In this document: positions 36,741-46,765 of the stretch, in pieces
Position numbering within the stretch: position 1 is the stretch's first letter
Layout: each line of letters starts with the position of its first letter
Origin: an uncultured Planctomycetota bacterium
GTDB lineage: Bacteria; Planctomycetota; UBA11346
DNA length: 64,000 nucleotides
Assembly (NCBI GenBank): GCA_903902515.1
Contig: CAIUVD010000091.1
Coordinates: 8,199-72,198, forward strand
Direction of reading: 5' to 3'
Translations under genes and position numbers: made by a program
The notes under the pieces: model-generated
What the model was told of the DNA's origin: nothing
Database searches by the model: none
The model's input: only the letters and a program-made list of their open reading frames with translations

Positions 36741-37423
36741 TCGTCGGGCCGTCGCCAGCCCGTGCACTGGTCGTGGTGCTGGTGGCGGTCAGCGGGGCCC
36801 TGCCGGCAGCGGACATGGCCTTCACGGATCTGCGGCTGAGCGTCGGATTCCTCTCTCCGCGCACCGAGGGCTCCTCCTCGACCACCGTCGAGGGGCCCGG
36901 CCTGTCAGGCGCCTTCCCGGCCATCGACGACGATGAGAACGCCACCGCCACCCAGCGCGGTCAGTTGCAGGTGGTGTTCGGCCGCCTGGGGCTCGGTGGC
37001 GGCTTGGTGACCGGCGTCGGGGTGGCGGTTAACCGCGCGACGTGGCATGATGGCCTGCGAAAAATCCAGGTCACGGCCCCGGTCATGAATGTTCTGGCGG
37101 GTTACGGCTACGCTTTCAACACGCGCTGGCACGCCGAACTGACCCCCATGGTCGGTTTTGGTCGGGCATCGTACACCATCACCCAGGACGATGGCCGTCG
37201 GTCCTCCGCGACCTGGGAGCCCTATGTCGAGTTCGGCGGTCGGCTGGCGACCTTCGTCCAGGTCAACAAGACGACCATGCTCGGCCTAGAAATTCCCTAC
37301 CTGATCTCCAGATTTCGTTCGGAATTTGAGACGATGACCACCGATGGCCGGACGGTGACCGTCCGGGAAACCCATCGCCAGCAGGGCCTGGGGCTGCTGG
37401 TATCTGTGGGCGTCCGCTGGTGA
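36737..37423 (+). CDS. Putative outer-membrane beta-barrel protein (loosely similar to the 27372-28073 protein)
   Basis: Signal peptide, alternating beta-strand pattern, terminal W. Confidence 0.4.
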   Translation: MIVGPSPARALVVVLVAVSGALPAADMAFTDLRLSVGFLSPRTEGSSSTTVEGPGLSGAFPAIDDDENATATQRGQLQVVFGRLGLGGGLVTGVGVAVNRATWHDGLRKIQVTAPVMNVLAGYGYAFNTRWHAELTPMVGFGRASYTITQDDGRRSSATWEPYVEFGGRLATFVQVNKTTMLGLEIPYLISRFRSEFETMTTDGRTVTVRETHRQQGLGLLVSVGVRW

Positions 37424-37438
37424 CCGCCCGCCGCTGGG

Positions 37439-38833
37439 CTAAAGCCCCAGGCGGCGGCGTTTGCGCCACAGGGTCGAAGATTCGATGCCGAGGACGGCGG
37501 CCGCTTCCTCGAAGGTCCCGGTCATGGCCAAGACCTGACGGATGTGCTCGTCCTCGACATCGGACAGGGAATGGTCGCCGCCGACCCGGGCATGTACGAC
37601 GGCATCCCCATGGACGCGCAAACTGAAAGCCTCAGGACCGACCACATGGGTCGGACAGAGGACCGTGATCCGCTCGATTTCGTTGCGGAGTTCCCGAACA
37701 TTTCCTGGCCAACCGTGGCCTAACATTTTTTGACAGGCGGCCGGCGAGAACTCCATGGTCGGCCGATGGGCCGCCTTGCAGAACGTCTCCATGAAGGTGT
37801 TGGCGAGATCGAGCAAATCATTGCTCCGGTCCCGCAACGTCGGCAAGGTGATTTCGATGACATTGAGCCGATACAGCAGGTCCTCGCGGAACTTCCCCTC
37901 GCGGACCAGGGCCTCCAGGTCCCGGTTGGTGGCGGCGATGATCCGTACATCCGCCAGCCGAGTCCGGGGATCACCGACCCGTTCATAGGTCTTCTCTTGG
38001 AGAAAACGCAGCAACTTGGCCTGGATGGCGGGCGACAAGTCGCCCAATTCATCGAGGAACAACGAGCCACCATCCGCGACCTCGACCTTGCCCTGTTGAT
38101 CACGCACCGCCCCGGTGAAAGAGCCTTTGACGTGACCGAACAATTCGCTGACCAGCAGTTCCTCGGTGAGCGTTGGGCAGTTGACGGTGACGAAGGGTTC
38201 CTTGGCCCGGGAACCCAATCGGTGCAGGGCCTGGGCCAGGGCCCCCTTGCCGGTTCCGCTTTCGCCTCGCAGCAGCACGGGGATATCGAACAGAGCAGCC
38301 CGGCGGATGATGTTCAGGGCCAGCAGCATGGCGGGCGAGCGGGTGGCAAAAACACCGCCCTCTTCCTGAGGCTCCGCCGCCACCGTGGGGGCCGTCACCC
38401 GGGGCAGCTCACGGATGCGGCGGACCTCGTGGAGGTGTTCCACCAGGGTCTGCACGTGATGCTCCAGGATCGGCTGCTGGATGAACGTGCAGGCCTCGAT
38501 GGTCGCCGGCCGCCGCGCGGGCTCGTTCTTCCCGGCCGGAGTCACTAGGATAATGCTGACCGCACGGTTGGCGGTCACCAGCCGGGGGATCAGGTCCGAA
38601 TCCCCATGGGTGTGGTCGAGAAACGCCAGGTCAAAGCCCTCGGGCGGCGTCTCCTTCGGATCGTGGCTGGAGGACGCCTCCGTCACCTGGCAGCCGTGGC
38701 GCCGCAGGTAGCCGCACAGGCTGGCGCGTTGCTCGGGGCAGCGTTTGACCACCAGGGCCTGGAAAAGCCGACGCGGCGGAACCTTGGGGGCAACCGTGCT
38801 CTGCGAGGTTGAGGAAGCGGAAGATGGGCTCAT
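37439..38833 (-). CDS. Sigma-54-dependent Fis-family response regulator (NtrC-like): receiver + AAA+ sigma54-activator + HTH
   Basis: GESGTGKGALAQALH Walker A, GSFTGAV (GAFTGA sigma54-contact motif), C-terminal HTH AAAVLGIESSTLWRK. Confidence 0.85.
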   Translation of the reverse strand: MSPSSASSTSQSTVAPKVPPRRLFQALVVKRCPEQRASLCGYLRRHGCQVTEASSSHDPKETPPEGFDLAFLDHTHGDSDLIPRLVTANRAVSIILVTPAGKNEPARRPATIEACTFIQQPILEHHVQTLVEHLHEVRRIRELPRVTAPTVAAEPQEEGGVFATRSPAMLLALNIIRRAALFDIPVLLRGESGTGKGALAQALHRLGSRAKEPFVTVNCPTLTEELLVSELFGHVKGSFTGAVRDQQGKVEVADGGSLFLDELGDLSPAIQAKLLRFLQEKTYERVGDPRTRLADVRIIAATNRDLEALVREGKFREDLLYRLNVIEITLPTLRDRSNDLLDLANTFMETFCKAAHRPTMEFSPAACQKMLGHGWPGNVRELRNEIERITVLCPTHVVGPEAFSLRVHGDAVVHARVGGDHSLSDVEDEHIRQVLAMTGTFEEAAAVLGIESSTLWRKRRRLGL

Positions 38834-38934
38834 ACAATAGTCATAGGCATCCTGATTCCATGCTCATGCGCTTCGCAGCCCTGAGCCCCTAGCGCCCCTG
38901 CAGCATGCAGGGTGAAGGACCTGACCGTCGGCGC

Positions 38935-38951
38935 CTGTGGCACTCACTTAC
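38935..38951 (+). promoter_or_regulatory. Candidate sigma54 (-24/-12) promoter TGGCAC-tcac-TTACC, divergent from the activator gene and upstream of the DUF883 gene
   Basis: Matches TGGCAC-N4/5-TTGCW with one mismatch in the -12 element. Confidence 0.3.
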
Positions 38952-39067
38952 CAACGTAAGCTGTGGGATTTCAGAAGCCAACAGCGATTTGACATTTCTC
39001 GGCACGGAATCCGCGATGGTAACTCGCCGGGGCATCACCCGGATCACCGAAGACCAAGGACCATCCC

Positions 39068-39298
39068 ATGCACGAAAACTTCCTGAAATCCGATCCGACC
39101 GCCGAAGACACGGGGATCAAATCCTGCTGCGCGAGCATTCCCGCCGCCGTCCAGGACGCCAAGGAACGAATCACCGATGCGGGCCGCCAGGCCCTGGTGA
39201 CCGTCCGTAAATACCCGGTGGAAAGCGTCGCCCTCGCCATCGGCGTCGGAGCCCTGGTGTGGTGGATGGTCAGTCGCCTCCAGAAAGACGAGAAGTGA
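39068..39298 (+). CDS. DUF883 (ElaB/YqjD-like) C-tail-anchored stress protein
   Basis: 76 aa, C-terminal TM VALAIGVGALVWWMVSRL preceded by RKYPVES. Confidence 0.55.
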   Translation: MHENFLKSDPTAEDTGIKSCCASIPAAVQDAKERITDAGRQALVTVRKYPVESVALAIGVGALVWWMVSRLQKDEK

Positions 39299-39312
39299 CC
39301 CACGATCCTACG

Positions 39313-39783
39313 ATGCGGCCCGCCCCCGGGGGCCCCATCGAGGATCGGCGCCAACGCGCCATCGCCCACCTCAACCGGTTCCTGGCGGATGAGCAGGCGG
39401 CGGTCGAAAGTTATGCCCGGACCCACCCGTGCGCAGGCCATGATGCCTCACCCGACTGGACCATCTGCCTGATGTCCCACCGTCGGCAGGCGACCCTCAT
39501 CGCCCAACGCATCAAGCACCTCGGCGGTCATCCGACCACCGCGTGTGAACCGTGGCCCGCCATCACCCAGAGCCTTGATCAGCCCTCGGGATCCATTGCC
39601 ACCCGCAAGGCACTCCGGGCCGGCGAGGACCGGAGTTTGGCGGGATACCTGAGTCGGATGCCCGACCTGGATGACGACTCTCGCCTGCTGGTTGAGCAGG
39701 AGCTGCGGCCAGCCCAGTTTCGGACCCACGAGGCCGCACGACGGATCTGCGCCGCGGAATGGACGCAAAAGCATTCCCCATGA
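39313..39783 (+). CDS. Ferritin-like four-helix-bundle protein (DUF2383/PA2169-like)
   Basis: AIAHLNRFLADEQAAVESYAR helix; about 156 aa. Confidence 0.45.
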   Translation: MRPAPGGPIEDRRQRAIAHLNRFLADEQAAVESYARTHPCAGHDASPDWTICLMSHRRQATLIAQRIKHLGGHPTTACEPWPAITQSLDQPSGSIATRKALRAGEDRSLAGYLSRMPDLDDDSRLLVEQELRPAQFRTHEAARRICAAEWTQKHSP

Positions 39784-39938
39784 TCAAAAATAAGGCTCTT
39801 CTGGTGCTGCTGGCCGTGGCCGGAGTCGTTGCCATCGGGTTCTTGATCTGGGTGACCCTGCGCAACGGCAGCCCACCGCCAGGCATCGACGATCCCCGGA
39901 AGGAACTCAACGAATTCCTTCCGCCCCGCGTCCCCTGA
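39780..39938 (+). CDS. Small single-TM protein
   Basis: 52 aa [27 protein letters not shown]. Confidence 0.3.
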   Translation: MIKNKALLVLLAVAGVVAIGFLIWVTLRNGSPPPGIDDPRKELNEFLPPRVP

Positions 39939-39967
39939 CGCCCCCTCATTTCCAACGGGACACTCCC

Positions 39968-40141
39968 ATGCTCTTCTGGTCCGCCGCCTTCCTCATCATT
40001 GCCGTGATCGCCGGCATCTTCGGCTTCGGAGGAATCGCCGAAGGCGCCACCTCGATCGCCAAGGTCCTGTTCTTCCTGTTCCTGGTGCTGTTCGTGCTTT
40101 CGGCCCTGACCGGCCTCCTCCGTCGCCGGAGGGACACCTGA
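39968..40141 (+). CDS. DUF1328 small membrane protein
   Basis: [47 protein letters not shown] is the DUF1328 signature. Confidence 0.55.
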   Translation: MLFWSAAFLIIAVIAGIFGFGGIAEGATSIAKVLFFLFLVLFVLSALTGLLRRRRDT

Positions 40142-40142
40142 C

Positions 40143-40394
40143 ATGGAAACTCCCACGACGCCCCAGGGCCCGCCAACGCATACCGAACCGGGCCTGATCG
40201 CCCTGGCCATCGCCGGCCTGGGTGCCTTCGCCGCCAAGGCCATCACGGAAGGCCTCGGCCGCTTGTTCACCGACAAAGAGGCGGTTGGCAAGGACCGCCA
40301 CCAGGGCCCCCTGTTCCTGACCCTGCTCATGGCCCTATTCGCCCTGGTGGTCGTCATGCTGGTCACCGCTCGCAAGCCCGAGCCCCCGACCTGA
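40143..40394 (+). CDS. Small two-TM membrane protein
   Basis: 83 aa, ATG 2 nt after the DUF1328 stop. Confidence 0.35.
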   Translation: METPTTPQGPPTHTEPGLIALAIAGLGAFAAKAITEGLGRLFTDKEAVGKDRHQGPLFLTLLMALFALVVVMLVTARKPEPPT

Positions 40395-40484
40395 ACACCC
40401 CCGTCCATCGTCCGCGTGTGGAACGACCTTCGCTAGACTGGGGTCGAATCCGGTCATCCTGACCCTTCCCCCGGACGAAACGGC

Positions 40485-41591
40485 ATGGCCAAACGCGACT
40501 ATTACGAAGTACTTGGGCTCCAAAAGGACGCGAGTGCCGACGACATCAAAAAGGCCTACCGCAAGTTGGCCATGAAATACCACCCGGATCGTAATCCGGG
40601 GGACAAGGCCGCGGAAACCAGCTTCAAGGAAGCCGCCGAGGCCTACGAGGTGCTGTCTGACGACCAGAAGAAGGGCCGTTACGACCAGATGGGCCACGCC
40701 GGTGTTGACGGCATGGGCCATGCCGGTCACGGCTTCAACTCCATGGAGGACATCTTCGCCCAGTTCGGCGACGTGTTCGGCGGGGGCGCTTTTGACCAGA
40801 TGTTCGGCGGTGGTCGCAGCAACCCTAACCAAGGCTCCAGTCTGAAGTTAGGCCTGCGCATCTCGTTCCGAGATGCGGTTCGCGGCTGCACCCGGACCAT
40901 CGACCTGCGACGCAACGAAACCTGCAAAACCTGCAATGGCTCCGGTGCCAAAGCCGGCACCAAGCCCGTCACCTGCAGGATGTGTGGCGGTCATGGCGCC
41001 GTCCGCCAGGGACAGGGCTTTTTCGTCGTCCAGACCACCTGCCCGACCTGCCACGGCAGCGGCCAGACCATCAAGGATCCGTGCAAGGCCTGCGACGGTG
41101 AAGGCGCGATCCCCGAAAAGGTCACGATCAAAGTCCGTATTCCCGCCGGCATCGAAGACGGTTCCCGCCTGCGGGTCACCGGCGAAGGCGAACCCGGCCG
41201 CCAGGGCGGCCCCCGGGGCGACCTCTACGTCCACGTCCAGGTCGAGGCCGATGCGTTCTTTGAGCGCCACGACCACCACCTGGTGTGCAAGATCCCCGTG
41301 ACCTACGCCCAGGCGGCCCTGGGCGCCGAATTGGAAATCCCGACCCTCGACGGCACCGCCAAGCTCAAGATCCCCGGCGGCACCCAGCCCGGCGAGATCC
41401 TGCGCATGCGCGGCCTGGGAATCGAGGACAACGGCCGCAAGGGCGACCAGCTGGTGGTGGTCAACCTGACCGTGCCCAAGAAGGTCACCTCCCGCCAGGA
41501 ACACCTGCTCAAGGAACTCGGCTCCATCGAAGACGAAGCCGGCGAACAGCAGGGTTTCTTTGATAAAATCAAAAAGATGTTTGCTGGATGA
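40485..41591 (+). CDS. dnaJ: Chaperone DnaJ
   Basis: J-domain KYHPDRN (HPD), four CxxCxGxG zinc-finger repeats. Confidence 0.9.
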   Translation: MAKRDYYEVLGLQKDASADDIKKAYRKLAMKYHPDRNPGDKAAETSFKEAAEAYEVLSDDQKKGRYDQMGHAGVDGMGHAGHGFNSMEDIFAQFGDVFGGGAFDQMFGGGRSNPNQGSSLKLGLRISFRDAVRGCTRTIDLRRNETCKTCNGSGAKAGTKPVTCRMCGGHGAVRQGQGFFVVQTTCPTCHGSGQTIKDPCKACDGEGAIPEKVTIKVRIPAGIEDGSRLRVTGEGEPGRQGGPRGDLYVHVQVEADAFFERHDHHLVCKIPVTYAQAALGAELEIPTLDGTAKLKIPGGTQPGEILRMRGLGIEDNGRKGDQLVVVNLTVPKKVTSRQEHLLKELGSIEDEAGEQQGFFDKIKKMFAG

Positions 41592-41633
41592 CGCCCGAGG
41601 CCCGTAGTCACCCTCCCCTTAATCCCTTGAGCC

Positions 41634-42146
41634 ATGTCCATGTCTGATCAAGCCGCCCCCGAATCCGCCCCCGAGTTCATCACCATTCCCGCCGCCGAGT
41701 TCGAGACCGCCAAGCGCGAAGCCGCCGAGTGGAAGGACCGCTGCCTACGCAACCAGGCGGAGTTCGAAAACGTCCGCAAGCGCCTGCGCAAGGAGGCCGA
41801 TGAGGCCGCCACCCGGGCCACCGCCCGGGCCGTGAAGCCGTTTTTGAATGAAATCGACAACCTGGCCCGGGCGGTCGAGGTCGCCACGCCGGAAGCCTTT
41901 GCCGACTTCGCCCAGGGCGTGACCCTGATCCGCGAAAACCTCAACGGCGCCCTGCGGGGCTTGGGGATCGAACCCGTCACCTGCGAGGGCGCCTTCGACC
42001 CCGCCATTCACGAAGTCATCGCCGAAACCGAGCACGCCGAGGTCCCTAAGGGCCACATCCTGACGGTCCACCGCAGCGGCTACCGCCTCAAGGACCAGCT
42101 GGTCCGCACCGCCCAAGTGGTGGTGGCCAAACCGCCCGCCGCCTGA
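41634..42146 (+). CDS. grpE: Nucleotide exchange factor GrpE
   Basis: 170 aa, GrpE C-terminal motifs (HEVIAET, TVHRSGYRLKDQLVRTAQV). Confidence 0.85.
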   Translation: MSMSDQAAPESAPEFITIPAAEFETAKREAAEWKDRCLRNQAEFENVRKRLRKEADEAATRATARAVKPFLNEIDNLARAVEVATPEAFADFAQGVTLIRENLNGALRGLGIEPVTCEGAFDPAIHEVIAETEHAEVPKGHILTVHRSGYRLKDQLVRTAQVVVAKPPAA

Positions 42147-42314
42147 TCTTGGGCTGGCAGGTGGCCTCAGTCACCTGCCGCCCCCCCTGGGACCGCGCGC
42201 CGCTGGCGCGCTCGAAATGCTGAATCTCCGCAAGCGGGCCAGCGGCCCGCGGTCCCAGGGACGATGCTGAATGCTCGGTAACCCCCAACGGCGGCCCGGT
42301 GGGTCGCGCCTCCC

Positions 42315-43340
42315 ATGCCCGCCGCCGCCGATCCCGTCCTGTCCTACTTCGCCCCCTGGCCCGCCGACCGGACCCAGCCGGAAGTGCGTCTTGAGCGTTT
42401 TCCCAAAGGCGTTTACGACGTCCTCAAGGGACAAATCGGCCCCCTGGCGAACCTGCGGTCCTCGACCGGCTGCGGCATCTGGTTCGCCACCGACAGCCCG
42501 TGGGTCGACCTCCACGTCGAGCGCCTCCGGCACCACCAACTGATCCCCATCGGCATGGCCCTGGAGGTCGAACACCACGACGGCTGGCGGACCACCGACA
42601 GCGCCGACCTGCGAGAGCGCGAAGGCACCTGCGTGATCCGCTTGGCCACCGGCCTGGCTCCGGGCCAGGTCCGAACCTGCGCCTGGTGGCTGCCGGTGAT
42701 TTCGACCTGCGCCATCGCCGGCCTCCACGTTGCCCCGGGCTCGACCCTCGCCCCGGCGACTCCGCCGGAACCCCGCTGGCTGGCCCTCGGCGACAGCCTG
42801 ACCCAGGGCTTCAGCGTCCAGTCGCCGACCGCGACCTGGGTCCACCGCCTGTCCCGCCGCTGGGACCTGCCGGCCTGGAACCTCGGCATTGGCGGGGCGT
42901 TGATCGAACCCCTGGCCTTCGATTGGGCCCTCGACCGCAAGCCCTGGGACCTGGTGACCATCGCCCTCGGCAGCAACCATGGCTGGCGGGAATCGACGGT
43001 CCTGACCGCCGCCGACCAGGCCGCCGCCCTGGCGGAACACGCCCTGGCCGGCGGCCACGGCAAGGTGGTGTGGATTCTGCCACCGTGGAAGCCGATGGAG
43101 GACGGTAAGGGCCCTCCGGAATTCATGGGCATCCCCCTCGACCAGGCCACGGGCGCCCGCATCGCCCGGGTCCGGGACGCCCTGCGGGACCGCCTGGCCC
43201 AGTTCGCGCCGCATCTGGACGTGGTGGAAGACCTCCTACCCCACGACCACCGCTACTACCCCGATGGCCTCCACCCCTTCGCCCTCGGTTTCGCCAAGTA
43301 CGCCGAGGCCTTGGCCGGACGGATCCGGCCCTACGGGTAG
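42315..43340 (+). CDS. SGNH/GDSL-family hydrolase
   Basis: LALGDSLTQG (block I GDS) and DGLHP (block V). Confidence 0.6.
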   Translation: MPAAADPVLSYFAPWPADRTQPEVRLERFPKGVYDVLKGQIGPLANLRSSTGCGIWFATDSPWVDLHVERLRHHQLIPIGMALEVEHHDGWRTTDSADLREREGTCVIRLATGLAPGQVRTCAWWLPVISTCAIAGLHVAPGSTLAPATPPEPRWLALGDSLTQGFSVQSPTATWVHRLSRRWDLPAWNLGIGGALIEPLAFDWALDRKPWDLVTIALGSNHGWRESTVLTAADQAAALAEHALAGGHGKVVWILPPWKPMEDGKGPPEFMGIPLDQATGARIARVRDALRDRLAQFAPHLDVVEDLLPHDHRYYPDGLHPFALGFAKYAEALAGRIRPYG

Positions 43341-43379
43341 GACTTGATGACTTCCCCCTCCCCAGCGTAGTCTGCCCCC

Positions 43380-46300
43380 ATGCCCGCTGACGACGCCGAC
43401 AACCCGGATGACCGCCTGCTCCACGAGGCGGAGGAACTGATGCGCCAGCGTCGGTTCGCCGATGCGGCGTCGCGCTACGACGATCTGCAGCAGCGGCAGC
43501 CGACCGACCTGTGGATCCGCCTGGGCCGGGTCAGCGCCCTGGAGTGCGCCGGGCAGGTCGAGGACGCCGTCGGTCTGCTGGAAGAAACCGCCGCCACCCA
43601 CCGCCGGTCCTCCAGTTACCAGCGGTTCCGGCACCTGTTTTTTGTTCGCCGGGAGGACTTCGCGGCGGCCAATGCCAGCCAGCGGGCCCTGCGCAACGAA
43701 ACCATCGACGACGGTCCCGACGACCAGTTGGCGGATCTCTACTTTAACCAGGGCCGTTACCGCGAGGCCCGGGCCGAACTGGAACGCCTCCTGGAAAGCC
43801 CGGCGGTCAACGAAGGCGATAGCGAATTCCGCACCAGCCTGATCGCCCGCCTGGGGGCCTGCCTGCGCCAGACCGGCGATGCTGAGGGTGCCCGCGCGCG
43901 CCTCGGCGAGGCCCTGACCGACGACCCCGCCAACGCCTGGGTATTGTCGGAACTGGCGGAGGCCGAACGGGCCCTCGGCAATCACGACACCGCCCGCCGC
44001 CGTTACCTGGAGGCCCTGGAGGCCAGCCCCGACGACCATTGGACCCGGGGCCACCTGGCCCAATTGGAGTTCGAGGACGGCGACATCGAGGCCTCCATTA
44101 CCCAGTACCGCACGATCCTGGAATCGGTCCCCGACGCCCTGTGGGCCCGGGTCGAACTGGCCCAGGTGCTGTCCGAGAAGGATCCCGCCGAGGCCCGGGC
44201 CCTGTGCCACGGGGTCATCAACGAGGACAAGAGCAACCCCTGGGCCCACGCCCAGTTGGGCAATCTGGCCCGGCGGGCTGGCGACCTCGACGAGGCCCGG
44301 GGCCACTACCAGCGGGCCCTCCAGGGGAATCCCGACGCCGTGTGGGTGCTCCACGAATTGGCCGACACCCTGCGCCACCTGGGCCGCCGGGACGAGGGGT
44401 GGCAGCACCTCCACAAGGCCCTGGAGGTCGATCCGTATCACCCGATCACCTACGGCTACCTGGCCGACTTCCTGCGCCACGACAACCGGTCCGAGGAAGC
44501 CCTGGCCCACCTCGCCAAGGCCATTGAACTCGACGGCAATTACCTGTGGGCGTGGCGCGAAACCGCCGAATTGAAGGCCCTGGCTGGAGACCATCCCGCG
44601 GCCGAGGAAGCCTGGCGCAAGGCCGAGGCCCTGGACCCCGACGCCGCCATCAATGACGGCCTCAAGGCCTTCCTCCTGCGCTGCCAAAACCGCCGCGAAG
44701 CCGCCCTGCCGTGGCTGGAGCGGGCCGTGGACCGCCAGCCCGAATACTTGTGGGCGTGGCGCGAGCGGTGCGAACTGCTGCTGGCCGCCGGCCGCAATGC
44801 CGAGGCCGAAACGGTGGCCGCCGCCGGGGTCGCCGCCCTGCCCAAGGCCGCCCCCCTGCACCTCCTGCTGGCCGAGGCCCAACGCCGCCTGGGTCGCCGG
44901 GATGACGCCCTTGAGAGCACTCGCCGGGCCATCGACCTCGACGGCCTGCAACCCCAATCCTGGGCCATCCAGGCCGAACTGCTGCTGGAACGGGGCGCGC
45001 TGGCCGACGCCCTGGCCAGCGCGCGGCGGGCCGTGGCCCTGGCCCCGGCAGCGCCCGAGTTCCGGGCCCTCTTGGCCCAGATGCTGGTCACCGCCAACCT
45101 GTTGGACGAAGCCCAACCGATGGCCAACGCCCTGCTGGTGGAGGCCCCCGGCATGGCCCCGGCATGGGAACTGGCAGCGGTGATTGCCGAGCGGCGCGGA
45201 GATCCCGCCGCCGCCCGGGCGATCCTCGACCGGGCCCTCGACGGCCCGTGCGCCGAGGAGCCCCGTCTGCGGGTCCGCCGGGCCCGCCTGGGGGCCGCCA
45301 ACCACGAGGCCGGGGCCGCCGACGACCTCGCCCAGTTGGTGACCGCCGAGGGCGCCCCCCTCAAGGACCTGGCCAGCCTCCTGGCCCAATCCGACCAGGC
45401 CGTGCCCGCCCGTCGGGCGGCCTACCTGGCCCTGGAACGGGCGGGCGAGGACCGGGATTCCCAAGTCCGGGCGTGGCTGCAACTCGCGGAAACGGAACTG
45501 GCCCTGGGCCAGGGCCCAGCCGCCGATGTCGCCCTGGCAGAGGTCCTGGAACGGGATCCCCACCACCTGCAAGGCCGCCTCCTGGGGGCGGTGATCGCCG
45601 ACCGCGCGGGGGACCACCGCGCGGCCATCAGCCACCTTACCCACCTGGATCACCACCTGACGGCCAACGGCCCCCACGCCGTCCATCCGGCCCCGCCCCT
45701 GCTCCGCCAGTTAGCCCTGATGTACGAGCGTAGCGGCGAAATCGCCCTGGCCGAAACGGTGTGGAAGCGGGCCATCGCGGCGGCCGGCGAGGACGACGAC
45801 CTGGCCACGGAACAGGCCTGTTTTTTCACCCGCCACGGCGATCTGTCCCAGGTTCCGGCGGTCATCGCCGCCACTGAATCCCGCCTGACCCCAGGCACCC
45901 CCCTCCACCGCCGCCTGCTGCGGGAAGCCGCCCTTGCGGCCGCCAACCGTCATACCCCGGCCCACGGCGCTGCCCTGCTGGAGGCCCGCCTCGACGCCCT
46001 CGGCCCCGACGAGCGCCTGCTGCTGGCCCGCCTGCACCTGGCGGCCGAGCATCCTGCGGAAGCCCTGATCGCCCTCCAGGAGGCCGGCGACGGTCGCGAG
46101 GCCACCCTGGTGGCCGTGCGGGCCCTGATGGCCGCCGGCCGGGCCGCCGATGGCCAGGCCAAGGCCGACCGCCTGCGGGCCGAACGCCCCGACGACGAGG
46201 AAGCCACCACCCTGGCCGCCGAATGCCGGGCCGCCCAGGGCGCCTTCGCCGATGCCCTCGACCTGCTCGACGCCCTACCCCGCACCCCCGGATCCGAGCG

Positions 46301-46757
46301 GGCCCTGCTCCATGCCGTCCTGGCCCTGGAGGAACGCAGCGAGGCCTGGGCCCTGGCCATCCTGTCGCGCCTGGAACCCGACCACGGCATCCCCCTGGTG
46401 CGGGTCTTCGCCGCCGCCTGGCCGGGGGCTTGGACCTCGCCGGACCCGGCCCGTCCGGCCACTGCCGACGATGTCCTCGCCCTGCCACCCTTCCCCCGCC
46501 TGGCCCGCCGCCTGGGGGCAGCCCTGGTGGCCGCAGACCGGGATGACCTGGCCGGCGCTTACCTGACGGCGGTGGTCGATTTCCGTCGCCGCCACCTGGG
46601 GGCCGTGGCCCGCCACACGGACCGCGACCTGACCGCCCAAGCCTGCGCCGCCCTGACCCGGGCCGGCCGTGGCCCGGACGCCCTGGCCCTGGCCGGGCGC
46701 GGCTGGTCCCTTCGGGGCCTGCTGGCCTGGGCCACTGCTCGACGGCGCCGTTCCTGA
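43380..46757 (+). CDS. Giant tetratricopeptide-repeat (TPR) protein, 1125 aa
   Basis: Dozens of 34-aa W-LG-Y...A...A...P repeats. Confidence 0.7.
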   Translation: MPADDADNPDDRLLHEAEELMRQRRFADAASRYDDLQQRQPTDLWIRLGRVSALECAGQVEDAVGLLEETAATHRRSSSYQRFRHLFFVRREDFAAANASQRALRNETIDDGPDDQLADLYFNQGRYREARAELERLLESPAVNEGDSEFRTSLIARLGACLRQTGDAEGARARLGEALTDDPANAWVLSELAEAERALGNHDTARRRYLEALEASPDDHWTRGHLAQLEFEDGDIEASITQYRTILESVPDALWARVELAQVLSEKDPAEARALCHGVINEDKSNPWAHAQLGNLARRAGDLDEARGHYQRALQGNPDAVWVLHELADTLRHLGRRDEGWQHLHKALEVDPYHPITYGYLADFLRHDNRSEEALAHLAKAIELDGNYLWAWRETAELKALAGDHPAAEEAWRKAEALDPDAAINDGLKAFLLRCQNRREAALPWLERAVDRQPEYLWAWRERCELLLAAGRNAEAETVAAAGVAALPKAAPLHLLLAEAQRRLGRRDDALESTRRAIDLDGLQPQSWAIQAELLLERGALADALASARRAVALAPAAPEFRALLAQMLVTANLLDEAQPMANALLVEAPGMAPAWELAAVIAERRGDPAAARAILDRALDGPCAEEPRLRVRRARLGAANHEAGAADDLAQLVTAEGAPLKDLASLLAQSDQAVPARRAAYLALERAGEDRDSQVRAWLQLAETELALGQGPAADVALAEVLERDPHHLQGRLLGAVIADRAGDHRAAISHLTHLDHHLTANGPHAVHPAPPLLRQLALMYERSGEIALAETVWKRAIAAAGEDDDLATEQACFFTRHGDLSQVPAVIAATESRLTPGTPLHRRLLREAALAAANRHTPAHGAALLEARLDALGPDERLLLARLHLAAEHPAEALIALQEAGDGREATLVAVRALMAAGRAADGQAKADRLRAERPDDEEATTLAAECRAAQGAFADALDLLDALPRTPGSERALLHAVLALEERSEAWALAILSRLEPDHGIPLVRVFAAAWPGAWTSPDPARPATADDVLALPPFPRLARRLGAALVAADRDDLAGAYLTAVVDFRRRHLGAVARHTDRDLTAQACAALTRAGRGPDALALAGRGWSLRGLLAWATARRRRS

Positions 46758-46765
46758 CCACGGCT

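Noticed and set aside
40485-42146. dnaJ-grpE adjacency without dnaK as an anomaly
   Set aside because: dnaK is often elsewhere in non-proteobacterial genomes; both genes look intact and ordinary.
43236-45686. 816-aa minus-strand ORF opposite the TPR gene, and the Gly/Pro/Arg-rich ORFs 44540-46932
   Set aside because: Low-complexity translations antisense to a repeat-rich real gene.
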